Assembly (NCBI GenBank): GCA_013265495.1
Contig: MU058103.1
Coordinates: forward strand, 814,870-878,869
Reading direction: 5' to 3'
Source of the DNA: Vicugna vicugna
Taxonomy: Eukaryota
Length of the DNA: 64,000 nucleotides
Part shown: piece after piece, positions 12,029 through 23,889 of the stretch
Position numbering within the stretch: the stretch's first letter is position 1
How the letters are laid out: each line of letters opens with the position of its first letter
Position numbers and translations under genes: made by a program
The notes under the pieces: generated by a model
What the model was told of the DNA's origin: nothing
The model's input: the letters and a program-made list of their open reading frames with translations, nothing else
Databases searched by the model: none

Positions 12029-12198
12029 TACTGGTGCGTTGGAACAGGCTCAGATCAGCTCATGAGATATGACTCTCTTCCCAACCCTGAACTCACTGAT
12101 ACCACATTGGTAGCTCAAAATACACCATGGTAGGAGTATTTATCCTGTGAAATTAGTAAATACTACCAATGAGTGACGTTTATCTTCTAGTACACCAA
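12029..12198 (+). mobile_element. MER63A-like hAT-Blackjack DNA transposon
   Basis: ctggtgcgttggaacaggctc...tctcttcccaaccctg...cacattggtagctcaaaatacaccatggtaggagtattta...ctagtacacca matches MER63A termini and core as recalled. Confidence 0.78.
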
Positions 12199-13159
12199 GA
12201 ATCCCCACAACCACCCCAATTGTATTACCAATACCACCATAATTACTCCCACCATCTTCCCCCCACCTCTGCTACTGCCAGCCTCTCATTCTTAGCATCA
12301 TCCATGTGTTGTTATTATTACTATCTAAGAGATTACATTGTTAAAAAAAAACAATTTCTTTCTCCAATGAATCAGCATGCAATTTTGATAATTATTTAGG
12401 TGTTTAAGCACGAAAAAATAATGTACATTTCAGCCTTGATTCATGAGTCCTACGGGGAAGCATTATGGGATGTGGGACAGGGGTAGGGATGAGGGGGGCA
12501 GCTCCAAGCTCGGCATCCTTCTTGGCTGTAAAGCATGCTGTGAGGTTTTGCTGGATTTATTGAACAGGTGAAGTCTATCCACACCAAATCCATTAAAACA
12601 ATCCTGCTGGCATTCTATTATTTTCACACGAGTTAAGCTGCAGATTGCTTGAAATACACTCATCTCTGGGAATAGAGAATGATGAGCAAAGCTGACAGGT
12701 CGACATACCAGGGGAGGTTTGATACTGTGAGTAAGGAAACTCCTCTTTTATTATAGTATTGGACTGGGCTAAAAAGTGACTTGATTGTGGCTTAGGAGGC
12801 TGCAAATGAAAATTCTTTAGTCTTTCCTGACAGACAAAAGGGAATAGAAAGCAAATAAGAGGACACATAATGATATTTGCTAAATACTTGTGAACTCTGT
12901 CTTTGTAACAACACTGTATGATTGATGTTTTTTACATTTTACTAATAAATGGACTGAAGCTGAGAGAAGTAAAATTATTATACATGGCATGGTTTGGTTC
13001 TCTGGCTGCAAAGTCTATGCATTCCCGATGTATCTTACTAACTTGTAGACAGGAGGAAAGAGGATGTTTAATAAGACTTAACAGGTACAAAAGACAAAGT
13101 CAGATCTTTTCATGGATATCTCTTTATATTATCAAAACAAACATATAAATCGTGCATTG

Positions 13160-13285
13160 TCATCTTTATTTTACAGTTCAGAAAATGGAGATTTAAAGAA
13201 ATTCAGTTATTTGTCTGAGGAAATCAGCAGTTAAGAGCCAGAACCAGGATTCAGATTCACAGTGCAGTGCTCTAAACACTGCCTT
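13160..13285 (-). mobile_element. MIR SINE
   Basis: attttacagttcagaaaatggagatttaaagaaattcagttatttgtctgagg...gccagaaccaggattcagattcac. Confidence 0.65.
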
Positions 13286-14750
13286 CTCCTCTTCTTCTTA
13301 CCCCTGATGTTGGAGATGTCAGTACATGTACATATAACAGGAAGTCAGTCAGATTCTTTCACAAGATGATTTAAAATGTTCTCACCTGAAGTTTCTATTT
13401 TCGTGTTATTGGCAGTTTGCTTTGCTTGGGCTTGTTGTGTTTGTTTGTTTGCTTGTTTTTTGTTAGCTGCTTGAACTAGTGTCACTTTCTGCCGTGTGGG
13501 TAGCTTGCAGGTTGATCACTGAATAACACACTCCTTGTAGATTGCCTGCCCTTAATCCAATATACTTGAAATCTGGGGCTTTATTCATTATTGTGCACAT
13601 TAAGATAAATTAATTAGTTGACCTCTGGGGTTCTTTTTAGACAACATCATTAATTGCCCTAATTATTTAGATCTTTCTAACCCTCTTTTAAAGCCATGTA
13701 TTTATTCTAATTACTGTTCCTTCTGTGACTATTGTCTAATGTCCCGGTAAATGCAATTGCACGGTCATTTATCTTGAATTTTCTCTTTTATGCATTTACC
13801 TAAAGCACGAAGTTTTTTTTTTTTTTTTAAGTGACTCATCCTCCCTTTAATCAGCTGTCACCTTCTGCTTAACGCCAGTAGGAGAAACAAACCAACAGTA
13901 ATCTCATGGTGAAAGGCAGCAGAAACAGTTTAATCCTAGACTAAGTAATTCCCAGCTGCTTCTAACATGCATGTAAGATGATGCTTAACAAGAACACTCT
14001 TTTTTCTGTATCCTCAGTATTTCTTCAAATTATTCCTTTTCCTCTCCTTTTACTGACACCGACTTTGAGAGACCCTTACTTTTGTCCAAGTGGAGTGAGT
14101 CCACATTATTACTTAAGGTAGTCTTCGTATGTGTTTGTATTCAGTCGGATTTATAGCATGACCAAGCTGGATGTTCAGTCTTGAAACTTCTCTGTCTAAG
14201 AGGACATGGTGATATAAGTGGAATAAATGCTTTGCGTTGCTTCTTCCTGTACCATTTACAGTTACTTAGATGCCAACTGTTCTGACACAGGCACTGTCCT
14301 CTGTGCTGAAGATTCAGAGAGCGCTGCCACAGATGATACGGCAGACACATAAACAGTAACTCATTAGAGTGTAACCAGCACTAAAACCATTCAAATTTGT
14401 TGTTTCATGAACACTGAGGTCAAGTGAGGTCTAATTTACTTTTGTCTATTTATGGAGTGTGTTGCATATGAGAGAGTTTAGGAGGCTATTAAGCCAAATT
14501 TTCAGATCCTTTCTGATTCTTCAAGGATTCAGTCATTAACCAGGTAGAAAACAGCGAGAGTCGGAAGGAAAATTAATTCTAAAGCCTATTATGTATGTGA
14601 TGTTATTTAATTTTCACATCGAGTCTATTAAATACATCAATTATTACAACTTAAAACAAACAAACAAAAAAAGGGTCAGAGAAGCCAAATAATTTGCCCA
14701 AAGTTATCACTTAGTAATTGGTCAAGCAGTGGTTTAATGCTATACTGGTT

Positions 14751-15124
14751 TGTTAAAAACAGCAGACCCAAAGTGGAGTTGCTTACACTAAGCCCCATGT
14801 GACCAATGTGAGACTTAACTGAATTATAGTTTTGTGTCTCTCTGAAATGCAATTTTGAACCAGTCAATCAGGAATCTCCTGATCAGTATTAGTTAAGTAA
14901 TCTGCCTGCTACACCCATGCCACCCACTGAAGGAAAGTAACCTTGCAGTAATTAACCTACTTTTTGCCTCATGTAATGTCTTTGTTCCTGCTTCCTTCTG
15001 CCAGTAGAAGTCTTTCCTTTTGTATAGCTCTTTGGAACTCCTTTCTCTGATGGATTGGGTGCTGCTCAACTCATGGATACTGAAAAAAGCCAATATTTAC
15101 TCAGTTGAATTCTGTTTTTTAATA
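14751..15124 (+). mobile_element. ERV1-class solo LTR inserted in a MIR
   Basis: Starts tgttaaaaac and ends ...aaaaaagccaat...gaattctgttttttaata (TG...CA with terminal CA mutated). Flanks ggtt / gatt approximate a 4-bp TSD. MIR sequence continues on both sides. Confidence 0.7.
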
Positions 15125-15388
15125 GATTTGATTCACAAGCCCACTTTCTATGCTGTACCAATGCTAGTTTTTTTGATTTCATAAATGAGGAACAAACTTT
15201 CATGGAGATTTATCATAGTATTTCCAACATTATATTTTAGAAAGTAATGATTTCTTAAAATATCTATTGTCTATTAAAAGCCTGTTCATAAAAAGAAGGA
15301 ATTTTAATAAAAAGTTAGCACAGACATACATATAGAACAAAAACATAGTCCTTTCTAAGGATGTATAGTTGACAACTTTCTCCCTCTA

Positions 15389-15412
15389 ACACACACACAC
15401 ACACACACACAC
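15389..15412. repeat. (AC)n microsatellite
   Basis: About 12 AC units. Confidence 0.95.
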
Positions 15413-16349
15413 TACATCAGTCAAAAATTTATTTTCTTCAGATTTGTGAAAACTAATTTGTGGATCAGCATTTGGAACCTACTACAGTAGACTAGGAGTT
15501 GACTTGAAACAATGAGCCAGGCACTGTGCTATTTAATATGCATCCTTTCTTTTGGGGAGAGCCGCCACTCAGGATGCCAGCGTGCTAGCTCAGAGAACTG
15601 ACTCCTGGGTGGGGACCTGTATTGTGATGCCCTTTGCTTTTTTACATCTAGGCCAACTCTGTCTCCAACTAGTGTTTATTTCTTGTGAGGTGGGAAGAAT
15701 CATGGAGTGGGCAGTGAAGAGCCAGGCTTCCTTTCCCCTTCTTTGAGAATGAATGGTCAGGGTGAGAGAGTGGACTCCTACCATTAGAATTAGAAATGCC
15801 AGCTTTCCCCTCTGGTTTACTGGGAGGAGGAAATAAAACTTGCCAAATGCCCCACCGAGCCTCCCAATATGCAGTCCTATTTCAAATACTTACTGCCTGC
15901 TGCTATCTGAATTCCCATTTTAAAATAATTATCAAAACCATATGGGTTAAAAGGGGTGGGGGGGTTCTCAAAAGGAAGTATGTAAATTGCAGCAACTTTG
16001 GCCTTTTGTGTTTGGCTCAGTCTCCCCCAAGCCCAGAGCTTCCCTCTGTGCCTTTTGTAGTGTGTTTTCCCACGCTGCTGCCCCCACCAGGACATAGGCC
16101 GCCCCTTTCCTCCTGGCAATCCTGCACTCCAGCTCTGAGCAGTAGAACAGAGTGAACTTAGCCCCCTAAATCCTAATGACTCTCCATTCACAACTCAGCG
16201 TCATTTTAAGCTCTTCTCCTCCATGAGAAGCCTTTTCTACCTTCTTTTCCCACCACCAGGTAAAATTCCCACTGACCCCTATGTCTCCCCAATGTGTCCT
16301 GTACTGACTTCAGTCAAAAAAAAAAATCTCTTTCACATCACAAATCCAT

Positions 16350-16472
16350 CTAGCCATTTGCTCTACTAGATCGTGACCTACTTGAAGGCAAGGAATAATT
16401 AATCATCTCTACATCCCTAGCGCCTATCTGTTACCTGACACGTTCAGTACGTGGCTAGTGAATGACTAGATG
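16350..16472 (+). mobile_element. L2 3' end
   Basis: ctactagatcgtgacctacttgaaggcaagga...tctacatccctagcgcctatctgttacctgacac...gtgaatgac. Confidence 0.65.
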
Positions 16473-16862
16473 CTAACAGAACTTTGATTTAAGCTGCGGT
16501 GCTGTTATACAATAATTAACTGGCTTTCTAACACAGATTAAAAAGGATTTATTATGAGTTCTCAAACCCATTATTAGAAATTATGTGTAGAAGATTTCTT
16601 ACAGGCCGTTTAAATTTAAGTAAGATAATTAATTGAAACTATTCCTAACTAGAGTCATTTCTGCCATGAAAGTCTTCTTGAGTTAGAGTTACATGATTCA
16701 AAAACAAAAGCAAAATCAAAAACAAAAACTGGCGAGGCAGTAGCATTGAGTACTAACTAATGCTTGTCCCATAATCGCACTAAAATCTTAATGTTTTGGC
16801 ATTGTGAAGGCACAGGTTTTGGTATCAAGGACTACCTTTGGAGACTTTAAAATAACACTAGC

Positions 16863-16894
16863 ATCTATCTATCTATCTATCTAGATAGATAGAT
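16863..16894. repeat. Inverted tetranucleotide microsatellite (ATCT)5(AGAT)3
   Basis: Read directly; 16870-16895 is a perfect 26-bp palindrome. Confidence 0.95.
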
Positions 16895-17014
16895 ATGAAT
16901 ATTATTGTGAATTTCTAATATACATTTTTTACTTTTTCACATGAAATTCTATTACAATTTAGCTCTTGGAACTTTATTTTTATACAATGTCATAGACTTA
17001 GACTATGTCTAAAT

Positions 17015-17332
17015 CTGAACTGTATAATATGTATCCATATACATCATTATGTGGCTACTAATGACTTGAAATATGGGTAGTCTGAACTAAGAAGTACGCT
17101 GACAGTGAGATATATATCCGACTTTGAAGACTTAGTACCAAAAAAAGTAAAATATCTCATTATTATTTTTATTGATTATGTTAAGTGACAAGGTTTAGGT
17201 AATATTGGGTTAAATTACATTAACTTCACAGGTTTATTTTTGTTTATTTTTTACCTTAACTACTAGAATGTTTTAAATTCCATACATGCCTCACACATGT
17301 GACTTGTGTTGTATTTCTTTCGGGTAGTGTTG
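17015..17332 (-). mobile_element. MER33 (hAT-Charlie)
   Basis: atgtggctactaatgacttgaaatatgggtagtctgaact...gactttgaagacttagtaccaaaaaaagtaaaatatctcatta. The 8-bp flanks gtctaaat / ttctagac fit the hAT-Charlie NTCTAGAN target. Confidence 0.85.
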
Positions 17333-17429
17333 TTCTAGACAGATTATGTAAATGGACCAAGTTATGGCTACATGGTGAGTTGAATTTTGAGTGCAAGCAC
17401 AGAGGGTGACAGTAATTTATATCATTAAT

Positions 17430-17560
17430 ACGTGTTTATTTAGAATCTACCACACACCAAACACTGTGAAAAGTACTGGAAATGCAGGTTTGAAGTAGGC
17501 AGACATGGGCCTTGCTATCACAATATATGAGGTAGTGAGGAAGACAGATATCAAAGAAAG
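17430..17560 (-). mobile_element. L2 3' end
   Basis: tttatttagaatctaccacacaccaaacactgtg...gcagacatgggccttgctatcac...gtagtgaggaagacaga. Confidence 0.65.
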
Positions 17561-18009
17561 AATCATTTGAATACTTAATATGACCAATGTCGTGCTTGGC
17601 ACAGTGAGGGATATGAAAAAGCCTGTAAGTCAAAGCATCCAGCTTCAGAGAATTTTCAGAATAGTCAAATACATTTTCCAATAAAAAGTGAAAACATTCA
17701 TTACACAGTGTGTTTTTCTGTCTTGCTATTTTTCTCCTAAAATATTTAAAGTGATTTCTATTTAACCACAGCTCTTTGAGAAGTGATACATTCTAAGTAG
17801 TCTAGAAACCTTAGCTGTTATTTAATTGCCATGTGACCTTGGTAAGTCAGCTGGTTGCGTTGGGAAGATCACTAGATTGGACCTACAGAATCCTGAACTC
17901 TAGGCTGAACTTCATCTTGGAGTCAGCTCCACCATCTTGGTCAAGTGCTTTCTTTCTTTCAGCATCATCACCTATCTCTAGTGAAAGGGAATTGGCCTAG
18001 GTGACATCT

Positions 18010-18360
18010 ATAGTAGAATGTTCATTGTTACAAGTGGAAGCTTAACCAAGGACCTGACTTGCCTCCATCTCTCTATCTGCTTACTTCACTTTGAAGCTAA
18101 TGGATCCCCAAATCGTTGCCAGCACCACTGCATTGGTACCAGTCTGAGAGAGATATTTGCCTTAGCATTCTCAGCACAAGTTCTTAGATTCTTTGATTGG
18201 AGCAGCTTAGATGGCATGCCCACCCCAACCCAAATTCTATGGATAATAGAACACCTATGAAGCCAGGAGTGAATTCAGTTTTTCTGAAACCACATTGATC
18301 ACTTAACAGAAATTGCAGCTGTTATGAGAGGGAAAGGGAGATGTGGTTGACGTGAAGGCA
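18010..18360 (-). mobile_element. Old MaLR LTR (MLT1J/K-like)
   Basis: gttcttagattctttgattggagcagcttagatggcatgcccaccccaaccca...gctgttatgagagggaaagggagatg. Confidence 0.5.
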
Positions 18361-19749
18361 GTCCATAAATGCTCCCCATGACATCTGCATAATCGTGATC
18401 CAATTATTTTAACTCAGTGTTATTATCTCATCTGCAAGATGACAAGGATAATATAATACTCAAGGCACAGGATTATTATGAGGGAGAAACAGAAAAGAAA
18501 ATGCGAAAGTTCCTAGCACAGTGCCGGGCTTACAACAGGCATTTCTATGAAACTTTTCCAGCATCCTTTCCTTCTTTTTTGTCTGTGACTCTCAAAAGTC
18601 CCTCATTTCCCCATCCTCACTTCATTTGTCTATACAATGTAAATATGAAATCTTCTATTTTTTTCTGAGAACTCTGATAATTCATGGGTAACAAACATGA
18701 ATTGTGTGAAACTTTTTGTATATCAACATAATTTCACTTTTTCTCTCAGAAGCTCAGCTGCACTGGCCTGGATGTTTGTTTTAGTGTGACTTAATGTCTA
18801 AAGATGTATCAGTTTCCCTACATTGACTAATTGCCATTTCCAGCGACACATCCTGAGAAAAATGTTTTCACAATATTCTGCAAACGTGTAATGATTTATC
18901 CTTCTGAACTTCCTTGTAAACAACTTATCAAGCCTTCCAAATTCAGACTGTCATTAATAGAGTAGAAACAGCGTAGTAATTTTTTTAAACTGCTGATGTA
19001 GCATAAACACCAAACGTAAAAATACACACCTTTCTCTATATCTGCAAACACACAGTAGATACACAAACACGTGATTCAAATTATATTGTTATAGAAATAA
19101 CCAGAAATTGCATGTTAGTTTTATCTGAATTCTCTAAATGGGCTTCAATTACGCATATTACTACCCATGGAGATTCTATTTCAAAATATCTTTGAATTCA
19201 TCTACACTGAGATGACCCAAGAACTTCAACTCCATTTGTGCAAAAGGAAAATAATTTTGTGCCTCCCTTATCTGACTTTTCTTTAACATTGCTTATTTCT
19301 GTTAATTAAACTTCTTATTCTCTCGGGGTTTATAGGTCTGAGAATCATCATTAACATTTTTTTTCTAATAATATCCTGTCCTAACACCTTAGCCACTAAA
19401 ATATATATAACAAACCTATTTCCACCTCCTCATCACTAGTGTATTTTCCTGGAAGATATATTGTCCGTGGATCCAGGTTTATCAAATGCCTCTAAGTCTA
19501 ATGGCTTTTTGCTGATCTGTCTCCCTGACTGAGCTCTTTGAAAACTGTGCCTGTTTCAGCTTTATACCCCTAACATTGAGCACAATTTCTCACACACAAT
19601 GTGTGCTCATTAAATATTGGTTAAACTGAAGGAAACTCTGATTTATCCAAGTGCCCCTGTCTTCTGTTAAAAAAATCAAACTACATCTTGTTGCCTGATT
19701 AATTTTCTCAAAGCACAGCTCTGTTCAGGTTACTCTTTTGATAAACATA

Positions 19750-19985
19750 GTAAAAGCTACTATTTGTTGAACATCTACTGTGTTTCAGGGTTATTCTTCC
19801 CATTAACCTCACAGCAAAATGGAAAACCAATTATCCCAAAAAATATCACTTCCATTTTCACTGATGAGGAAATTGAGGTGCAGTGATGGGGGGACATGAG
19901 CTGAGCCCACACAATTATCAAGGTGCAGGTCTGTGTATAAATTCACATCTGTCTGACTCCGAGGCTGTGGTTTCCACTGGGCTGG
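19750..19985 (-). mobile_element. MIR SINE
   Basis: tttgttgaacatctactgtgtttcagg...ccattttcactgatgaggaaattgaggtgcag...tctgtctgactccgaggc. Confidence 0.8.
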
Positions 19986-20089
19986 TTGCCTTCCTCTGCT
20001 CAGAAATTTCTGTAATGCCTCTCTGAAATGACATGCCCTTCTAGGATCAGATATTCATTAAAGATGTGGGTCATGAGCATCTCATAGGT

Positions 20090-20268
20090 CTCGTGTTTCC
20101 GAGTGAGGTGGGTAGAGTGGCAGCACGCTGTTCCTCAGAGCTTGTTAGTGATGCTGAATCTCAGGCTCCAACCCAGATCTACTGAACCAGAATCTACATT
20201 CTAACAAAATCCCTCAGGTGGTCTGTGAACTTGCGGATGGCTCAGACTCATGTTTCAAGGAAACACTG
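20090..20268. mobile_element. MER5A-type hAT-Charlie element
   Basis: gagcttgttagtgatgctgaatctcaggctccaacccagatctactgaaccagaatctacattctaacaaaatccctcaggtg. Confidence 0.8.
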
Positions 20269-20499
20269 ATCACTAGGCACCAGGACTGATTTACCAAGAA
20301 GAGCAAGTCACATTAATCTACCCTCAGCTCCTTCCTTCATGGGGTTATCAGAGATAGTGTTTAAGGAGTCAAGGGAGATTTTAGCCATCCATGGTATACA
20401 TATGTTGTAATATCCTCTAATAATTATAGGCATTTTTATTCATAACAATTATTACAGCTTGTAGTCACCAGCTTTGAGAACGAGTACTTGCTTACTAAA

Positions 20500-20620
20500 C
20501 TAAGTAGGCTGAATGTTCTAACAAACAGGACCCCTGTGTGCTTTCTTCACCATTGTCTCCCCAGCACCAAGGCCAGGACATAATAGGGATTCAATACGCA
20601 TCTGCTGAATAAATGAATGC
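20500..20620 (+). mobile_element. L2 3' end
   Basis: cttcaccattgtctccccagcaccaaggccaggacataatagggattcaatacgcatctgctgaataaatgaatg. Confidence 0.75.
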
Positions 20621-21127
20621 ATTATTGAGTAATGACCCTGGGAACAAAAATTTGTCAAAACATCGGGGTTACAGATAAAAATATTTTAACTAAGGGATGG
20701 GGATTCAAAACAAGAGGGAAATTTCTAGTGTTGTGTTATGTGGCTTTCTTCACATTGATGCGATCACTTGATCAAAGATATTGCAATCAAGTTTTGTTTT
20801 TGTTTAGTTTGTGGATAGGTCCAATCTAGGGAAAGGTTGAATGTGTTGGAGGACAGAATAAATATCCAATAAGGTACTTAAAGATCAGAGTGCTCTCTGA
20901 GTCTTATAAAATGAAATTTAATGAAACCAAATATGGTAACATGCCTTTAAGTTCAAAAGATCAATGAAAGAAATGGAGTTGTAGCTTTAGGAAAATGAGA
21001 AGACAGTTGGACTTGGTTTAATATCATTCAAAAGAATGACATTGCTGCTCATAAAAATTGTACGAGTTAAGGGTGAAATAGGAGAGGTGGAACGTCCAAA
21101 GCAAAGAAGGCTGTGATTGCCTTATTT

Positions 21128-21338
21128 CAAGGCTCAGTAAACTTTTCTGAAAAGAAAGATAATAAATATTCTCAGCTTTGTGGGCCACAGGTTTTTCTCT
21201 GTTACAAGTACTTCATTTTGCTGTTGTAATAGAAAAGCTGTCATAAGAAATATGTAGACAAATGAGTGACTGTGTTCTAATTTTTATGGACACTGAATTT
21301 TTAATTTAATATATTTTCATAAAATACTGTTATCTTGG

Positions 21339-21370
<32 letters not shown>

Positions 21371-21457
21371 CTGTCAAAACCATTCTTGGCTCATGAGCCA
21401 CACAAAAAGAGGTGGTGGGCCCAACCTGGTCAATAGGCCAAAGTTTGGCAAACCCTG
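21128..21457 (+). mobile_element. MER58B (hAT-Charlie) with internal T27 run
   Basis: caaggctcagtaaacttttctg...ttatggacactgaattt...aaaaccattcttggctcatgagccacacaaaaagaggtggtgggcc...tttggcaaaccctg. Confidence 0.85.
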
Positions 21458-21729
21458 ATCTGTCCTATTGTTGACCCCACCTAGTGGTTAGTTCTGAACC
21501 TCCCTTTTACACAGAGGTAGGTACATTGTTAAGTCTTCCAATGGGAACGAATGCCATGCAGATAAAACTGAAAAGCATTGTTGCATGAAGAAAAGGAAAA
21601 TGAAAATGGGATACCTAATCTGGAAAAGGGATTTGGACAGCATGGTTGCTACCTTCTAATAGTTGGACATAAATTCTAGAAAAATACAAAATAGATTTAG
21701 ACAGGCAATGTATCATTGCATCTTCACAT

Positions 21730-22432
21730 GTGGAGTTGAAATTTATAAAGTCCTGGATTCAAGTTCTAGCTCTGCCACATAATGTGTTTGCTCTTTTGGA
21801 CCCTATGATAAGCATTGCTTTGCCTCATTCTCCTATTTGTAAAATAAAGAACATTATAATACCAACTGACTTAATTGGGCTTTGTTATGTTAAAACTAGT
21901 CCAAAACTTGGTGGCTTAAAACAACAATAATTTATTATCTCTCTCAAGTCTGTGAGTAAACCTGGCAATCCCTTTGCTGGCTTGGCCTGGGCTCACTCAC
22001 ACGGCTGCCTTGGGACAGAGAACAGGCTGGGCTGGAAGGTTGAAAATGGGCTCACCCCACTGGCCTGATACAGTGCTGACTTTCAGCTGAGATGCCTGGG
22101 ATCTTCCCAGGGCCTCTCATCCTCCAGGAAATCTAGACTGGCTTCTGTATTTGATGGCCTCAGGGACACATTCCAAGAGCACAACGGAAGATCCTTCAGG
22201 GACTTTTGAAACCTAGGATGCAGTGCATTACACTTCTCAATGTAAGATACGAGATTAGTCCAGATTTAAGAAAGTAAGGAAAAAGTATTCACCTCTTCAT
22301 GGGAAGGCCAACAAAGTCAAACTGCCCTGTGTACCTAAGGGGATATTGTGAGGATTAAACAAGGTAACATTTGTAAACCACTTAGCATAGCCCACAATCA
22401 CCATGGTGATTGCTTAAAAATGGTAGCTTTAT
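21730..22432 (+). mobile_element. MIR SINE split by an MLT1 LTR
   Basis: 5' part cctggattcaagttctagctctgccac...gcctcattctcctatttgtaaaataaag...ataatacc. 3' part ttgtgaggattaaacaaggtaacatttgtaaaccacttagcatag. Confidence 0.75.
21868..22330 (-). mobile_element. MaLR LTR (MLT1H-like)
   Basis: ccaaaacttggtggcttaaaacaacaataatttattatctctc...gggcctctcatcctccagg...ccagatttaag...tcacctcttcatgggaagg. Confidence 0.8.
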
Positions 22433-23889
22433 CATTCTGGATCAGATAGATTTTTTTTTTTTGATGAAGAGGGGAAGGAAAAACACAGAGTCAGAGGTAT
22501 CCCAGATTGGAATGAGCTGTCTCAGAGTGGAGTGCCTTTGTCATCAGGGCAAATATGGAAAATGGATGGACTGAAGAAGAGAAGCCAGCACTGGATGTGT
22601 AGCTAGATAAATGGACATAGAAAATTTATTCAGTCTTTGAAATTCTTAATTGAATTTCTCTTCTGTTCATTCTATGATCAGTATCAATGGGGTACAATTA
22701 AGGCAAACCTTACGACATGTCTGAGGAAATATATATTATTTGTGTTGCTAGTTTTTTGAAATTAGGTTTATAATATCATCATGGGGAAAAATTATGAACT
22801 TAATCTGAAGCTAATTTTGAGACGTTCAGTCTTAAAAAATAATGAAGTTTTGTGCTGAGTTCCATTTGTTTGTATTATCTGCTTTCCTTTATGAATTTCC
22901 AGAGAGAATAAGAGACAGTATTATCTAAACAGTTTGTTCCACCATCATTTGGATTAAAAGACCAAGCAAAGTAATGTTTTGGAAGACATCTGGTGCTTGT
23001 AAGAAAAACAACTTTATCTGAGAGTGGAGAAGAGAGGGAAAAACCAAACCCTCCTCTTTATTCTCTCTAGAGACATCTCTCCATGCTGAGATGAGGAGAG
23101 GAATTGTTCTCTGACAAACAAGACAATTACAGAGAAACATCTGAATCGTCCAACTGCATAATGAATATGGAAGAATGTAAGAAAATAGGGCCAGACAGAT
23201 GTCTTATTAGTGAGGCTGTGCCTACTTTAAAGGATTTGGGTGGGTAGATTCCTTATCATTTTTTTAGTTTTTTACAGCTGTTTTTGGAGGCCTGAGTCCA
23301 CACAGGAAAATATGATTTATTGAAGAATAGACAGAAGGCAACTTCTGCATTTTACTAAAGAAATAAGTAAAATAAGTAAATAAACTGTGATCTTTTAGAT
23401 ATAACCAAATCTGCATAATATACTGGATTTTTGTTGTTGTTGCTTTAGATCTGTTCTCTGCCTTCTTTCTGCTGAAGGAAGGTGGTCTGTACAAACTATA
23501 GCAACAGATGCCCTTTTCCTCTGACTTCTAGGTGGGTTTAGCCCAAGAGGAAGACAGGCAGGAAACTGAAGAGAGGGAGGAGAATGGCTGTCTGCTTCCA
23601 CTCCCCCTGCTGATACTAGTCCAGAGGGCCTCCGGTATCTCTTGTGATCTCCTTATGCCCATCTCATACCTTGGTAAATCATCTCTTATTAAACACTCTT
23701 CAAATTTCTTCATTTTAATGTGGCTTCTCTTTTCTGCTGATATGAATAGTTTCTAAAATATCTTCTGGTCTACCCAAAACTAAAAATAATTTGTGACAAC
23801 AGTCATAAACTATAAGGGAATCAACTACTGTCACTAACATTGAAACCTACACATATTTCCTTCAAATATTTTCTCTCATTTCTTAAAAA

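Larger units (their letters stand above)
20690..22640 (+). mobile_element. L3/CR1 LINE remnant, split by MER58B, MIR and MLT1 insertions
   Basis: Collinear CR1-type pieces: ttggaggacagaataaatatccaa...aaatgaaatttaatgaaaccaaat...ttaagttcaaaagatcaa (20840-20965); gttagttctgaacctcccttttac...catgaagaaaagg...tctggaaaaggg...catggttgctaccttctaata (21480-21665); tggaatgagctgtctcagagtggagtg (22508-22535). Confidence 0.65.

Noticed and set aside
11796..12065. Mucin-like Thr-rich 89-aa ORF and antisense hydrophobic 84-aa ORF as real genes
   Set aside because: Openness follows from triplet-repeat composition, the + ORF runs into a MER63A element, and I see no signal peptide or splice context.
22395..22412. 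Perfect 18-bp palindrome CAATCACCATGGTGATTG
   Set aside because: A single 9-bp-arm palindrome is not unexpected in 64 kb of AT-rich DNA, and it lies inside a MIR.
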